Shown here: in pieces, positions 10,471 through 19,169 of the stretch
How the letters are laid out: the number at the start of each line of letters is the position of its first letter
Position numbering within the stretch: position 1 is the first letter of the stretch
Assembly: GCA_034002785.1 (NCBI GenBank)
Contig: JAVEZX010000004.1
Coordinates: 1 to 57,323, forward strand
Reading direction: 5' to 3'
Source of the DNA: Bacteroidales bacterium
GTDB lineage: Bacteria; Bacteroidota; Bacteroidia; Bacteroidales; VadinHA17
Length of the DNA stretch: 57,323 bases
Position numbers and translations under genes: made by a program
The notes under the pieces: model-generated
Seen by the model: the letters and a program-made list of their open reading frames with translations, nothing else
Told to the model about the DNA's origin: nothing
Databases searched by the model: none

Positions 10471-10512
10471 TGCGATTTGCGAATTGCGATTTGCGAATTG
10501 ACTTCACAAGGA
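10471..10512. repeat. period-7 tract: TGCGATT TGCGAAT TGCGATT TGCGAAT, followed by a degenerate opposite arm (TCACAAG GATCACAAATCA) reaching the lysA stop
   Basis: Read directly. Four exact-period units span 10471-10498. Confidence 0.8.
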
Positions 10513-11661
10513 TCACAAATCATCTGAGAAGACCGCCTCAGGCAGTGACCGCATATTGTAGCGCGAGGCCATCACCTCGCCGTACGCCCCGGCAGAACGG
10601 ATGGCTATCAGGTCACCACGGTGCGTCTCAGGCAGTGCAATGAACTTGCCAAAAGTATCTGTTGTCTCACAGATCGGACCTACCACGGTGTATTTCTTCT
10701 CCGGACCTTCAGAGGTAAGATTCTCAATGCGATGATAGGCATGGTACAGCGCTGGCCTCATCAGCTCGGTCATACCTGCATCAAGGATCACAAAAGTCTC
10801 CGCTGCGCCGGGCTTGACATACAGTACCCTGGCTATAAGCGATCCGCAGTTTGCAGTGAGCGACCTGCCAAGCTCGAAGGAAACGGTGCTCCTGATCCGG
10901 CTGTCAAGGTGATTCCTGAAGACATCAAAATAGTCTGCAAATGGCGGGAACCGGTCAGGATCGTCATAACTCACCCCAAGGCCACCGCCAACATTTATGT
11001 CCTCAGGCTCAAATCCCCTGTCTGTCAGCCACTGCCAGAGCTCATTAATTCTTGTGCAGAGATTCCGGTAAACATGCAGGTCGGTGATCTGTGACCCGAT
11101 GTGGAAGTGAATGCCTCTGTACTCAACGTTATTCAGGTCCTTCATCCTCTCCAGCACACCCTCGAGCTCAACTATCCTTATACCAAACTTATTCTCATCG
11201 GTGCCCGTCGTAATGTTCTTGATAGTGTGAGCCTCGACATTTGGATTGATGCGCAGGGCGACGGAGGCCTTTTTCCCCATTTTCCCGGCGATGCTGTCAA
11301 TGACCTCAAGTTCTGCGGCTGATTCCGCATTGAAGCACTTGATTCCAAGCTTCAGGGCAGTCTCAATCTCCCGGTCGCTCTTGCCCACCCCTGCAAAGAC
11401 AGTCTCGCTGGCAGGAAAGCCGCACGATATGGCATGTTGAACCTCGTTGCCGCTGACGCAGTCGGCTCCGAATCCGTATCCTGCCATGATCTTCATTATC
11501 ACCGGATTAAAGTTGGCCTTAACTGCAAAATGAACATGAAAATCCCTGATGGCGGCTTCGCCTGAGGCCACTTCCAGCGTCTCACGCAGCATCTCAAGGT
11601 CATAATAATAGAAGGGGGTCTCACGGCTCCCGAGTTTTTCAGTAATCTCTTTTGTGATCAT
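10513..11661 (-). CDS. lysA: diaminopimelate decarboxylase
   Basis: 382 aa with the PLP lysine box HFAVKANFN, GGGLGVSY and a fold-type III decarboxylase C-terminus. It lies adjacent to lysC. Confidence 0.9.
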   Translation of the reverse strand: MITKEITEKLGSRETPFYYYDLEMLRETLEVASGEAAIRDFHVHFAVKANFNPVIMKIMAGYGFGADCVSGNEVQHAISCGFPASETVFAGVGKSDREIETALKLGIKCFNAESAAELEVIDSIAGKMGKKASVALRINPNVEAHTIKNITTGTDENKFGIRIVELEGVLERMKDLNNVEYRGIHFHIGSQITDLHVYRNLCTRINELWQWLTDRGFEPEDINVGGGLGVSYDDPDRFPPFADYFDVFRNHLDSRIRSTVSFELGRSLTANCGSLIARVLYVKPGAAETFVILDAGMTELMRPALYHAYHRIENLTSEGPEKKYTVVGPICETTDTFGKFIALPETHRGDLIAIRSAGAYGEVMASRYNMRSLPEAVFSDDL

Positions 11662-11666
11662 GCTTT

Positions 11667-12989
11667 CTATGAAAATAACTTCTCGTTTAGCGCCTTTAGC
11701 GCCGTAATCTTGTCGGTTGTATTGATAAGTATGGATACACTGTGATCACTGCCACCGTATGATATCATCTTCACCGGGATCTCGTTCAACGCTTCGAAGA
11801 TCTCAGGAGCAGACCCGACACGGTCAGGCCGGAAGTCGCCCACAATGCAGATGATTGTCTGTTGATGATCGATTTCCACATGGCCAATTGAGCTGAGCGA
11901 ATTCACTATCTCATCCAGGTGAGTGGGATCCTCGATTGTCAGAGAGACTGATACTTCCGATGTAGTGATCATGTCTATCGGCGTCTTGAAGGCTTCGAAT
12001 GCCTCGAAAATCCTCCTCATGAAACCGTAGGCCATCAGCATCCTGTCTGAGCGGATCCTGATGCCAGTTATGCCGTCTTTGGCGGCCACGGCAGTGTAAT
12101 CCTGAAGGGTTGATGCAGAGGTGATAAGGGTTCCTTCGTCTGCAGGCTCCATTGTATTCTTGAGCCTGACGGGTATATTCTTCATCCTTGCCGGATTAAT
12201 GCTTGAGGGATGAAGAATTTTCGCACCGAAGAAGGCCAGTTCAGCTGCCTCGCTGAAGGAGAGGCTCCTGATGACCTTTGTGTTTTCAACGTACCTGGGG
12301 TCATTATTATGAAGTCCGCTGATATCAGTCCAGATCTGAATCTCCTCCGCACCCAGCGCGGCTCCGATAATGGTAGCGCTGTAGTCGCTCCCCCCACGGC
12401 GCAGGTTGTCAGTCTCCCCGAAGACATTCCGGCAGATGAATCCCTGCGTTATTATGATCTGCTCGTCCTTTATTACTGTCAGCTCACGCTTCAGGTTTTC
12501 CCTTATATAGAAATAATCGGGCTCGCCATCCTTGTCCACCCTCATGAAGTTCAGCGCCGGGATAAGTGCAGAGGCAATCCCGACTTCGGAAAGCAGGAAG
12601 TGGAGCAGGGCGGTTGACAACAACTCGCCGCGGGCCAGTATCCGTTTTTCATTATGCCTGCTGAACTCTCTTGAAAAGAGACTGATGAGGTAGCTGAAAT
12701 GTTCGTCAATTATATCATGTGCCCGCTCAGACCACGTCGCGGAGGCGTAGAGCTCCTCTGCAACGGCGTGATACACTGACCGCAGCTTTTCGCTCCGCTG
12801 CATGGCCCTGTCACTGTCACCAGAAGAAAAGAGTCCGGATATCTCAACCAGCTCATTTGTAGTTCCTGCCATGGCTGACAGAACCACTATCTTCTGTTCT
12901 CCGTCACTGATCAGAGGCACAAGCGCCCTGAACCGCTCAGGACTGCCTACCGATGTGCCTCCGAATTTGTATACTTTCATCTTCTTCAA
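11667..12989 (-). CDS. lysC: aspartate kinase
   Basis: 440 aa with N-terminal KVYKFGGTSVGS, an amino-acid kinase core and a C-terminal ACT-like region. Confidence 0.9.
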   Translation of the reverse strand: MKKMKVYKFGGTSVGSPERFRALVPLISDGEQKIVVLSAMAGTTNELVEISGLFSSGDSDRAMQRSEKLRSVYHAVAEELYASATWSERAHDIIDEHFSYLISLFSREFSRHNEKRILARGELLSTALLHFLLSEVGIASALIPALNFMRVDKDGEPDYFYIRENLKRELTVIKDEQIIITQGFICRNVFGETDNLRRGGSDYSATIIGAALGAEEIQIWTDISGLHNNDPRYVENTKVIRSLSFSEAAELAFFGAKILHPSSINPARMKNIPVRLKNTMEPADEGTLITSASTLQDYTAVAAKDGITGIRIRSDRMLMAYGFMRRIFEAFEAFKTPIDMITTSEVSVSLTIEDPTHLDEIVNSLSSIGHVEIDHQQTIICIVGDFRPDRVGSAPEIFEALNEIPVKMISYGGSDHSVSILINTTDKITALKALNEKLFS

Positions 12990-13038
12990 TATTCAGTGAG
13001 ATAATGCGCACAGTCTGATTTCATCATGTTTTGGGACT

Positions 13039-13046
13039 CAAAGATA
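13039..13046 (-). promoter_or_regulatory. -7 promoter box TATCTTTG for lysC-lysA
   Basis: Exact TAnnTTTG on the - strand, 50 nt upstream of the lysC ATG. Confidence 0.4.
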
Positions 13047-13117
13047 TATAAAAGTGAAATCTCTGATAATTTTTTTTCTCTTTTGGTCAAAGTGATTCAT
13101 TGATTTAAAAAAATAGT

Positions 13118-13125
13118 TATTTTTG
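13118..13125 (+). promoter_or_regulatory. -7 promoter box TATTTTTG for the tRNA-Leu pair
   Basis: Exact TAnnTTTG match about 70 nt upstream of the first tRNA. Confidence 0.4.
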
Positions 13126-13194
13126 CAGCCGCATTGAAGGATTAAGTGCAGGGTGGAGTCTCACGACGGAATACTCTCTCTTATCCGGCAAGTG

Positions 13195-13281
13195 GCCCAG
13201 ATGGCGAAAGTGGTAGACGCGCTAGTTTCAGGGACTAGTGTCAGCAATGATGTGCAGGTTCGAGTCCTGTTCTGGGCACCA
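13195..13281 (+). tRNA. tRNA-Leu (anticodon CAG), CCA encoded
   Basis: Acceptor GCCCAGA/TCTGGGC, anticodon stem CTAGT/ACTAG with loop TTCAGGG, a long variable arm, T-loop GGTTCGAGTCC, then ACCA. Confidence 0.9.
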
Positions 13282-13289
13282 CCAACAAC

Positions 13290-13373
13290 GCCCAGGTGGT
13301 GAAATTGGTAGACACGCCAGCTTGAGGGGCTGGTGCTCGTAAGGGTGTGCAAGTTCGAGTCTTGTCCTGGGCA
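13290..13373 (+). tRNA. tRNA-Leu (anticodon GAG)
   Basis: Acceptor GCCCAGG/CCTGGGC, anticodon stem CCAGC/GCTGG with loop TTGAGGG, a long variable arm and T-loop AGTTCGAGTCT. No encoded CCA. Confidence 0.9.
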
Positions 13374-13375
13374 CA

Positions 13376-13410
13376 CGAAAAAAAAGCTGCGGAAACGCGG
13401 CTTTTTTTAT
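13376..13410. terminator. bidirectional intrinsic terminator
   Basis: A-run, AGCTGCG-GAAA-CGCGGCT hairpin (13385-13402), then T-run. Confidence 0.75.
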
Positions 13411-13411
13411 T

Positions 13412-13473
13412 TACGATTGGCGATGTGCGATGTTCGAATTAATTCCCAAATCGCAAATCGCAAATCGCAAATC
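13412..13473. repeat. period-7 tract pair: degenerate TACGATT GGCGATG TGCGATG TTCGAAT / TCCCAAA TCGCAAA TCGCAAA TCGCAAA TCAATC
   Basis: Read directly. Three perfect TCGCAAA units span 13451-13471 and run into the stop codon of the GH3 gene. Confidence 0.85.
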
Positions 13474-16400
13474 AATCTGTCTTTGAATCATACACTGCCT
13501 GCAATATCCTTCCCCGGATGGATAGGTCTGACAGCCGGTTATTGTTCCTCGTGGGGTAGACCCGGTTGCTCAGGAAAACATATGATATCTCCTCCTCCGG
13601 GTCAACCCAGATGAATGTGCCGGTAAACCCTGAATGGCCAAAACTTAACGGGGATGCGGAGTAACACGGATAGGCCTCGTCGGGCGGAATTGTATCATTA
13701 CCAAGAAGGGGTTTGTCAAACCCCAATGCCCTGCGGTTCTCATTCTCGGGATACTGAACCCGGGTGAATTCCTTCAGGACATCGCTGCTCAGAACCCTGA
13801 CTCCCCCGTATTCACCTCCCCTGCGGTACATCTCCACCAGCTTGAGGAGGTCATTGCCCGTGGCAAAGAGGCCTGCATGGCCTGATACCCCACCAAGCAT
13901 TGCAGTACCCTCATCATGCACTGTGCCCCTGAGCAGCTGTCTCCTGAAGAGAGAGTCATACTCTGTGGGTACTATGCGTTCACGGGGATACTTCTCAAGA
14001 GGATTATAGGTGATGTTTAGCGCACCGATAGGCCTGTAAATGTTTGCCGGCACAAACCGGTCAATTGTGCTGTCTGTGAGACTCTCAATGATCTCTGCAG
14101 CAAGGATGAAAGTGAGGTCGGAATAGACATACTTCTTGCTTCCGACAGGACTGTCACGGATTTCCCTGAACATATCCCTGAGGTAATGACGGTTCATGTA
14201 TAGTGAGTCCGAAACCGGCAGGGTAAACCTGCGGTTTGTATAGTCGCTGAAGACTCCTTTCCTGAAGGTGCTGTCATTCTCCATGGTGTTCCTCCAGAAA
14301 GGTATCCATGACCGCAACCCTGCCTGGTGTGCCAGCATGTCACGCAGTACCATGTCACCCTTGTTCGAGAAACGAAACCAGGGAAGGTAGTATCCAAGGG
14401 TCCTGTCAGGATCAAACAGACCCCGGTCTGTGAGCAGCATCAGTGACGGGGTGGCTGCAGAGACCTTGGTTACTGAAGCGAGGTCCCACAGGTCATATTC
14501 GCTGACCGCCTCGGTGCTGTCAAAGAGATGAAAGCCGTAACATTTGTTCAACACCACAACTCCCTTGCGGGCGATGAGCACATGACAGCCGGGGTAGGCG
14601 AGAGAGTCAAGCCCTTCCTGGACTATCGAGTCGATCCTGCTGATCAGCCGTACCGTCGATAGCCCGGCGTTCTCCGGAAAGCCGAACTGTAACCTGATGT
14701 TTCCGGCAGTCTTGATACCTGTCCCGGCCGGATAGGTCTCATTGATCGTTACAGGCAGTCTTCCGGCAGCGCCAATAGCGCCAAAGAGAACCTGTACAGC
14801 TACCTGTTGCGTGTAACTGTTGTCCTGGTAGGCAACCAGCAGCGCGGAGGGCTTTGCTGTCATATCAAGGCGGGCAATGCCATATGGATTGCCGAACCAG
14901 ATAATGGCAGACCGGTCAAGGGAAGCTATCCGGCTGAAAACCCGGTTAAGTGCAGTAGTCACACCATAGAGCCCTGCAGGCTTTTGTTCCAGGGCGCAGA
15001 ATCCTGCTATGACTACATCATAATCGCTGAGTTTCGACAGAACGAACTGTGCTCCCTGCTCGTTGGAAGGATCGATAAAAAAGTGATCCGCATTTGTGTA
15101 CCTGTCCGTCATCTTCTGAAACTCGGTCATCGCGAGTCTGTTAACAGATACAGTGGCAATTCGCATCTGATCTGTTCTGCCGATGGGCAGCAGGTTATTG
15201 TTGTTTTCGAGCAGGGTCATGGCGCCGGCATATAGATCACGGATCAGTGCCGGGTGTTCAGCTCCGGGAATACCGGCGTGTGCAGGAGCCGGTATATTCC
15301 CATCAGCCAGTGACGGGACAGTCTCAGGAGCAGGCATCACTGTTCCGGCAGCTACCGCAGAGTCGTTACAGGCAATGAGAGCTTCACCATGCACGGATCT
15401 CTGACTTTCAAGCCACATCTTGGCTTCCAGTAGTTTGCGGCATCTCTCTTTAACCTCGCTGACAGCAATCTCTCCCTTTTCAACCCTTCTGGCTATCTCA
15501 TCTATGGCGCGGACCGGGTCGGTGGAATATTCTATTATGTCATTTCCTGCCTTTAAGGCCTCTGCATCAGCTACACCTGAGGGGAAGGTCATGGTGGCGC
15601 CGGCCATGTTCATAGCATCGGTGAGGATCAGTCCCCTGAAGTGAGCCTCTTCACGGAGGAGTCCGCTCACCACCTTGTGGGAAAATGTTGCCGGGATACC
15701 TGACTTATCGAGTCCCGGAACGGTTATATGTGCCGTCATTACTGCCCCGACGCCTTCATCGACAAGCCGCCTGAAGGGAACAAGTTCCACCTGATCGAAA
15801 CGGTCGCGATCACCCCTTATGACGGGAAGACCGGTGTGTGAATCGGTGTCAGTGTCGCCGTGGCCCGGAAAATGCTTCGCGCAGGCGATAATACCGTTAT
15901 CCTGCAGCCCTTTCATGTACATGGCGGCCTTTTCGGCAACCTGCTCAGGATTCTCACCGAACGAGCGGTAGTTGATTACCGGATTCAGGGGGTTGTTGTT
16001 CACATCTGCAACAGGCGCCAGGTTCAGGTTTACACCTATGTCACGGCACTGCCATGCAACGGCAGCACCCATCTTATATATCAGGGAGTCATTCTGTACG
16101 GCTCCCATAGTCATCTGGTAGGGAAAGTCCTCCACTTCGCGAAGCCTCATACCGGTTCCCCATTCGGCATCCTGCGCAATTATAAGCGGAATTCTTGATA
16201 CCCGGCTTAGACGTTCAGTGAAGTCAACCTGCAGATCACGGGATCCCTCGAAGAAGATAACGCCTCCGATGCCGTACTTCGTAACCAGGTCTTCTACCTG
16301 CCTGTAGTTGCCGCCCTTTTTGTCAGCCCATGCCGGAATCCATATCAGCTGTGCAATCATCTCCCTGACAGTCATCGTGCTGAGAATGCTGTCAACCTTC

Positions 16401-16513
16401 TGATCCCCGGCAAACTTCTTCCATGGGAGGTTGTTTTCAGCGGGGCGTACTCCGGAGAGGGTCAGTAGTAATACAGCAACAGCAGAAGTCAGGGTCAGGA
16501 AGCTCTTTCTCAT
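13472..16513 (-). CDS. secreted fusion: GH3 beta-N-acetylhexosaminidase (NagZ-like) N-terminal half plus beta-lactamase/PBP-type serine hydrolase C-terminal half
   Basis: Signal peptide, the GH3 box KHFPGHGDTDTDSHTGLP and the C-terminal SxxK motif (LASVTKVSAATP), plus the HSGFTG box typical of class C-like serine hydrolases. Confidence 0.85.
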   Translation of the reverse strand: MRKSFLTLTSAVAVLLLTLSGVRPAENNLPWKKFAGDQKVDSILSTMTVREMIAQLIWIPAWADKKGGNYRQVEDLVTKYGIGGVIFFEGSRDLQVDFTERLSRVSRIPLIIAQDAEWGTGMRLREVEDFPYQMTMGAVQNDSLIYKMGAAVAWQCRDIGVNLNLAPVADVNNNPLNPVINYRSFGENPEQVAEKAAMYMKGLQDNGIIACAKHFPGHGDTDTDSHTGLPVIRGDRDRFDQVELVPFRRLVDEGVGAVMTAHITVPGLDKSGIPATFSHKVVSGLLREEAHFRGLILTDAMNMAGATMTFPSGVADAEALKAGNDIIEYSTDPVRAIDEIARRVEKGEIAVSEVKERCRKLLEAKMWLESQRSVHGEALIACNDSAVAAGTVMPAPETVPSLADGNIPAPAHAGIPGAEHPALIRDLYAGAMTLLENNNNLLPIGRTDQMRIATVSVNRLAMTEFQKMTDRYTNADHFFIDPSNEQGAQFVLSKLSDYDVVIAGFCALEQKPAGLYGVTTALNRVFSRIASLDRSAIIWFGNPYGIARLDMTAKPSALLVAYQDNSYTQQVAVQVLFGAIGAAGRLPVTINETYPAGTGIKTAGNIRLQFGFPENAGLSTVRLISRIDSIVQEGLDSLAYPGCHVLIARKGVVVLNKCYGFHLFDSTEAVSEYDLWDLASVTKVSAATPSLMLLTDRGLFDPDRTLGYYLPWFRFSNKGDMVLRDMLAHQAGLRSWIPFWRNTMENDSTFRKGVFSDYTNRRFTLPVSDSLYMNRHYLRDMFREIRDSPVGSKKYVYSDLTFILAAEIIESLTDSTIDRFVPANIYRPIGALNITYNPLEKYPRERIVPTEYDSLFRRQLLRGTVHDEGTAMLGGVSGHAGLFATGNDLLKLVEMYRRGGEYGGVRVLSSDVLKEFTRVQYPENENRRALGFDKPLLGNDTIPPDEAYPCYSASPLSFGHSGFTGTFIWVDPEEEISYVFLSNRVYPTRNNNRLSDLSIRGRILQAVYDSKTD

Positions 16514-16538
16514 TTGATGGACTGATTTTGAATTGAAT

Positions 16539-16546
16539 CAAAAATA
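16539..16546 (-). promoter_or_regulatory. -7 promoter box TATTTTTG for the GH3 fusion gene
   Basis: Exact TAnnTTTG on the - strand, 26 nt upstream of ATG 16513. Confidence 0.4.
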
Positions 16547-16621
16547 GTACTTTTCTTTGTCATTCTTTTCCCCGGTTGATTGGTATCATTTTGTTATTTT
16601 TACCCGACCAAAACAACCGAT

Positions 16622-17749
16622 ATGACACCATCCAAGAGTTCCGGAAAGAGCGCCGGCAAGTCGGCACGGCTTATGTCCCTCGATGTATTCAGGGGTATGA
16701 CTGTGGTTTTCATGATCATCGTAAACACCCCCGGCACGTGGAGCCATGTATATGCTCCACTGAGACATGCCTCGTGGCATGGCTGCACCCCGACTGACCT
16801 TGTCTTCCCCTCATTTCTCTTTATCTCCGGGGTGGCAATGTGGTACTCCCTGCGTAAATTCAACTTTGAATTTTCGGGTCCGGCACTGTTTCGTATAATC
16901 AGGCGTGTAGCCCTCATATTTGCAGTCGGTCTGTTTCTGAACATTTTTCCCCGCTTTGCCCGTGACTATGATACGCTTCGCATAATGGGCGTGTTGCAGA
17001 GAATTGCACTGGCCTGGGGCCTGGGCGCAATACTGGTACTCCTGATCAAAAAGAATTACATCTGGGTTGCCACTGCCGTCTTACTCTTTGGCTACTGGGC
17101 CCTCATGTACTTTATGGGCGGCAGTGACCCATACTCCCTGGAAGGCAACTATGTCCGCACTGTTGACCTGGCTGTGTTTGGCGAAAACCATCTCTACAAG
17201 GGATTCGGTATCCCGTTTGACCCCGAAGGACTGCTCAGTACACTGCCGGCGACGGCTACTGTGCTGCTTGGATTTATGACCGGTGGTCTGATTACCGGTA
17301 AAGGTAACTCCTGGAAGACAGTGGGATGGCTCTCATTTGTCGGAGTGCTGCTGATTGGTGCCGGACTGCTCTGGGGCGAATATTTCCCGATCAACAAACC
17401 CATCTGGACCAGCTCCTATGTTCTGTACGCCGGGGGTATCGGGATGGTGATACTGGCACTGCTTTTCACAATAGTGGACATCTGGAATCTGAGGGGTTGG
17501 ACCGGCTTCTTCAATACCTTCGGGACAAATGCCCTGTTCACATACGTGCTTGCCGGAATGCTCACGAAGACCCTGCTTATTATCAAGGTAGGGGAGGTCT
17601 CTCTTTATAACTGGATATTTACCCATGTCTGCAGCCCTCTTTTTCAGGAACAGAAGCTGGCAAGCCTCCTCTTCCCGATATTGCTCGTCACTGTCATCTG
17701 GGCACTGGGTTATATACTGTACCGAAAAAAGATAATAATACGGCTTTAA
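16622..17749 (+). CDS. polytopic membrane protein of the heparan-alpha-glucosaminide N-acetyltransferase-like (DUF5009/DUF1624) family
   Basis: N-terminal RLMSLDVFRGMTVVFMIIVNTPG signature and about 11 TM segments. Start taken at MTPSKSSGK. Confidence 0.7.
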   Translation: MTPSKSSGKSAGKSARLMSLDVFRGMTVVFMIIVNTPGTWSHVYAPLRHASWHGCTPTDLVFPSFLFISGVAMWYSLRKFNFEFSGPALFRIIRRVALIFAVGLFLNIFPRFARDYDTLRIMGVLQRIALAWGLGAILVLLIKKNYIWVATAVLLFGYWALMYFMGGSDPYSLEGNYVRTVDLAVFGENHLYKGFGIPFDPEGLLSTLPATATVLLGFMTGGLITGKGNSWKTVGWLSFVGVLLIGAGLLWGEYFPINKPIWTSSYVLYAGGIGMVILALLFTIVDIWNLRGWTGFFNTFGTNALFTYVLAGMLTKTLLIIKVGEVSLYNWIFTHVCSPLFQEQKLASLLFPILLVTVIWALGYILYRKKIIIRL

Positions 17750-17750
17750 G

Positions 17751-19169
17751 ATGGATATAAGAACACAGGTAGAAAAAGCTTTCGAGCGCTGGAAAGGCTC
17801 GCCGCCTGATATAATCACCCGCCTTCCGCAGTCAGGTTCAGACAGGGTCTATTTCCGGCTCATGTGCCGCGAGGATCAGGTTATCGGTGCCTACAACCCC
17901 AGCCGTGAGGAGAACGAAGCCTTTGTGGGTTTCTCCAACCACTTCAGATCGAAAAGCCTTCCTGTTCCGGAGATTTATGTCTATTATCCCGATGAGCGAA
18001 TCTACTTTTTGGAGGACCTGGGTGATGTAAACCTCTTTACCTGGCTGGCGCGGCGTTCTGATGAGGAACGCTTTAACGAAGAGACGGAAAACCTCTTCCT
18101 GACTATTGCCGCTGATCTGGTAAGGATTCAGACTGAGGGCATCAGGGGACTCGACCTGTCGCTCTGCTACCCGCACCGCAGCTTTGACCGTCAGAGTATA
18201 GTATGGGACATGAACTACTATAAGTACATGTTCCTGAAGCTTATCGGAGCACCTTTCAACGAGACCAGGCTGGAGCGCGATTTTGAAATACTGACAAGGT
18301 ACCTTCTTGATGCCGGACAGGAGTTTTTCCTCTTCCGCGATTTCCAGACAGCCAACATCATGATCCGTGACGGCAAGCCGTGGTATATTGATTACCAGGG
18401 GGGCCGACTTGGCGCACCGCAGTATGATATCGCTTCGCTTGTCTATGATGCCAAGGCATTCATCCCTCAGAAGATCAGGGAGATAACTATTGACCGCCAC
18501 CTTGAGCTCTTCGCAGCTGCAACCGGCAGGAGCCGTGAGTCTATTGAGATGTACCAGGGGGCCTTCACCCTGATAAGGCTTATGCAGGCCCTCGGCGCAT
18601 TCGGGTTCAGAGGTCTGCATGAGAACAAACCCACCTTTAACGAGAGTATTGTTCCGGCAGTAGAACTGATGAACGAACTGCTTGAGAGTGATGCCCTCAG
18701 GATTGACCTGCCTGAGTTGAAAAAAGCCTCGCTGGCTGTTCCGCTGCAGCGCAAATACCGGATCCTGGAACATTACCAGGACCTCGTTACGGTGAATATT
18801 GAGAGCTTCTCCTATGTTAAGGGAAGGACTATCAGCTATGATAACGGCAGCGGATTTGTATTCGACTGCCGGGGACTGCGCAATCCTGTCACCGTGGCTG
18901 AACTGAGCGAACTCACCGGGCTCGATCCTGAAGTAATCGAGTTCTTCAACAATGATGATGAGGCAGTGGCTTTTGCAGGCGACTGCACCAACATCGTCCG
19001 TAACTCACTGCCCATGATGAGGCGGAAGGGAATTCTCGCTATTCATGTTGCCTTTGGCTGCGTGGGCGGTCACCACCGTTCCGTATGGTGCGGGGAGAGG
19101 GTGGCATCAATGCTCTCATCCATGCCTGGCGTTGAGGTCACAGTTAAACATACTTCACTGACAGCATGA
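17751..19169 (+). CDS. amgK: fusion protein: AmgK-like anomeric amino-sugar kinase (APH fold) plus RapZ C-terminal domain
   Basis: The N-terminal ~330 aa have the APH/AmgK catalytic loop FLFRDFQTANIMI, then WYIDYQGG...PQYDIASLVYD. The C-terminal ~130 aa align with the RapZ CTD: VNIESFSY.., FVFDCRGLRNP, LTGLDPEVIEFF, VAFGCVGGHHRSV. Confidence 0.75.
   Translation: MDIRTQVEKAFERWKGSPPDIITRLPQSGSDRVYFRLMCREDQVIGAYNPSREENEAFVGFSNHFRSKSLPVPEIYVYYPDERIYFLEDLGDVNLFTWLARRSDEERFNEETENLFLTIAADLVRIQTEGIRGLDLSLCYPHRSFDRQSIVWDMNYYKYMFLKLIGAPFNETRLERDFEILTRYLLDAGQEFFLFRDFQTANIMIRDGKPWYIDYQGGRLGAPQYDIASLVYDAKAFIPQKIREITIDRHLELFAAATGRSRESIEMYQGAFTLIRLMQALGAFGFRGLHENKPTFNESIVPAVELMNELLESDALRIDLPELKKASLAVPLQRKYRILEHYQDLVTVNIESFSYVKGRTISYDNGSGFVFDCRGLRNPVTVAELSELTGLDPEVIEFFNNDDEAVAFAGDCTNIVRNSLPMMRRKGILAIHVAFGCVGGHHRSVWCGERVASMLSSMPGVEVTVKHTSLTA

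Noticed and set aside
12990-13194. Possible lysine riboswitch (L-box) in the 205-nt region upstream of lysC.
   Set aside because: A -7 box on the lysC strand at 13039-13046 leaves a leader of only about 45-50 nt, far shorter than an L-box. I could not find the conserved L-box helices. The rest of the gap is used by the divergent tRNA promoter and leader.
13161-13614. ORFs 13161-13376 (-) and 13333-13614 (+).
   Set aside because: They overlap the two tRNA-Leu genes, the terminator and the repeat tract, so they are artefacts of ORF calling over RNA genes.
17838-18773. 311-aa ORF on the - strand inside the AmgK-RapZC gene. Similar long antisense ORFs occur at 45943-46884 (313 aa), 32573-33517 (314 aa), 35529-36230 (233 aa), 44161-44805 (214 aa), 21285-21803 and 799-1269.
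   Set aside because: Each lies entirely antisense to a gene with strong family motifs. None has recognisable motifs, and their composition is odd (Cys/His/Arg/Pro-rich). They look like stop-poor shadow frames. I see no evidence of overlapping genes.
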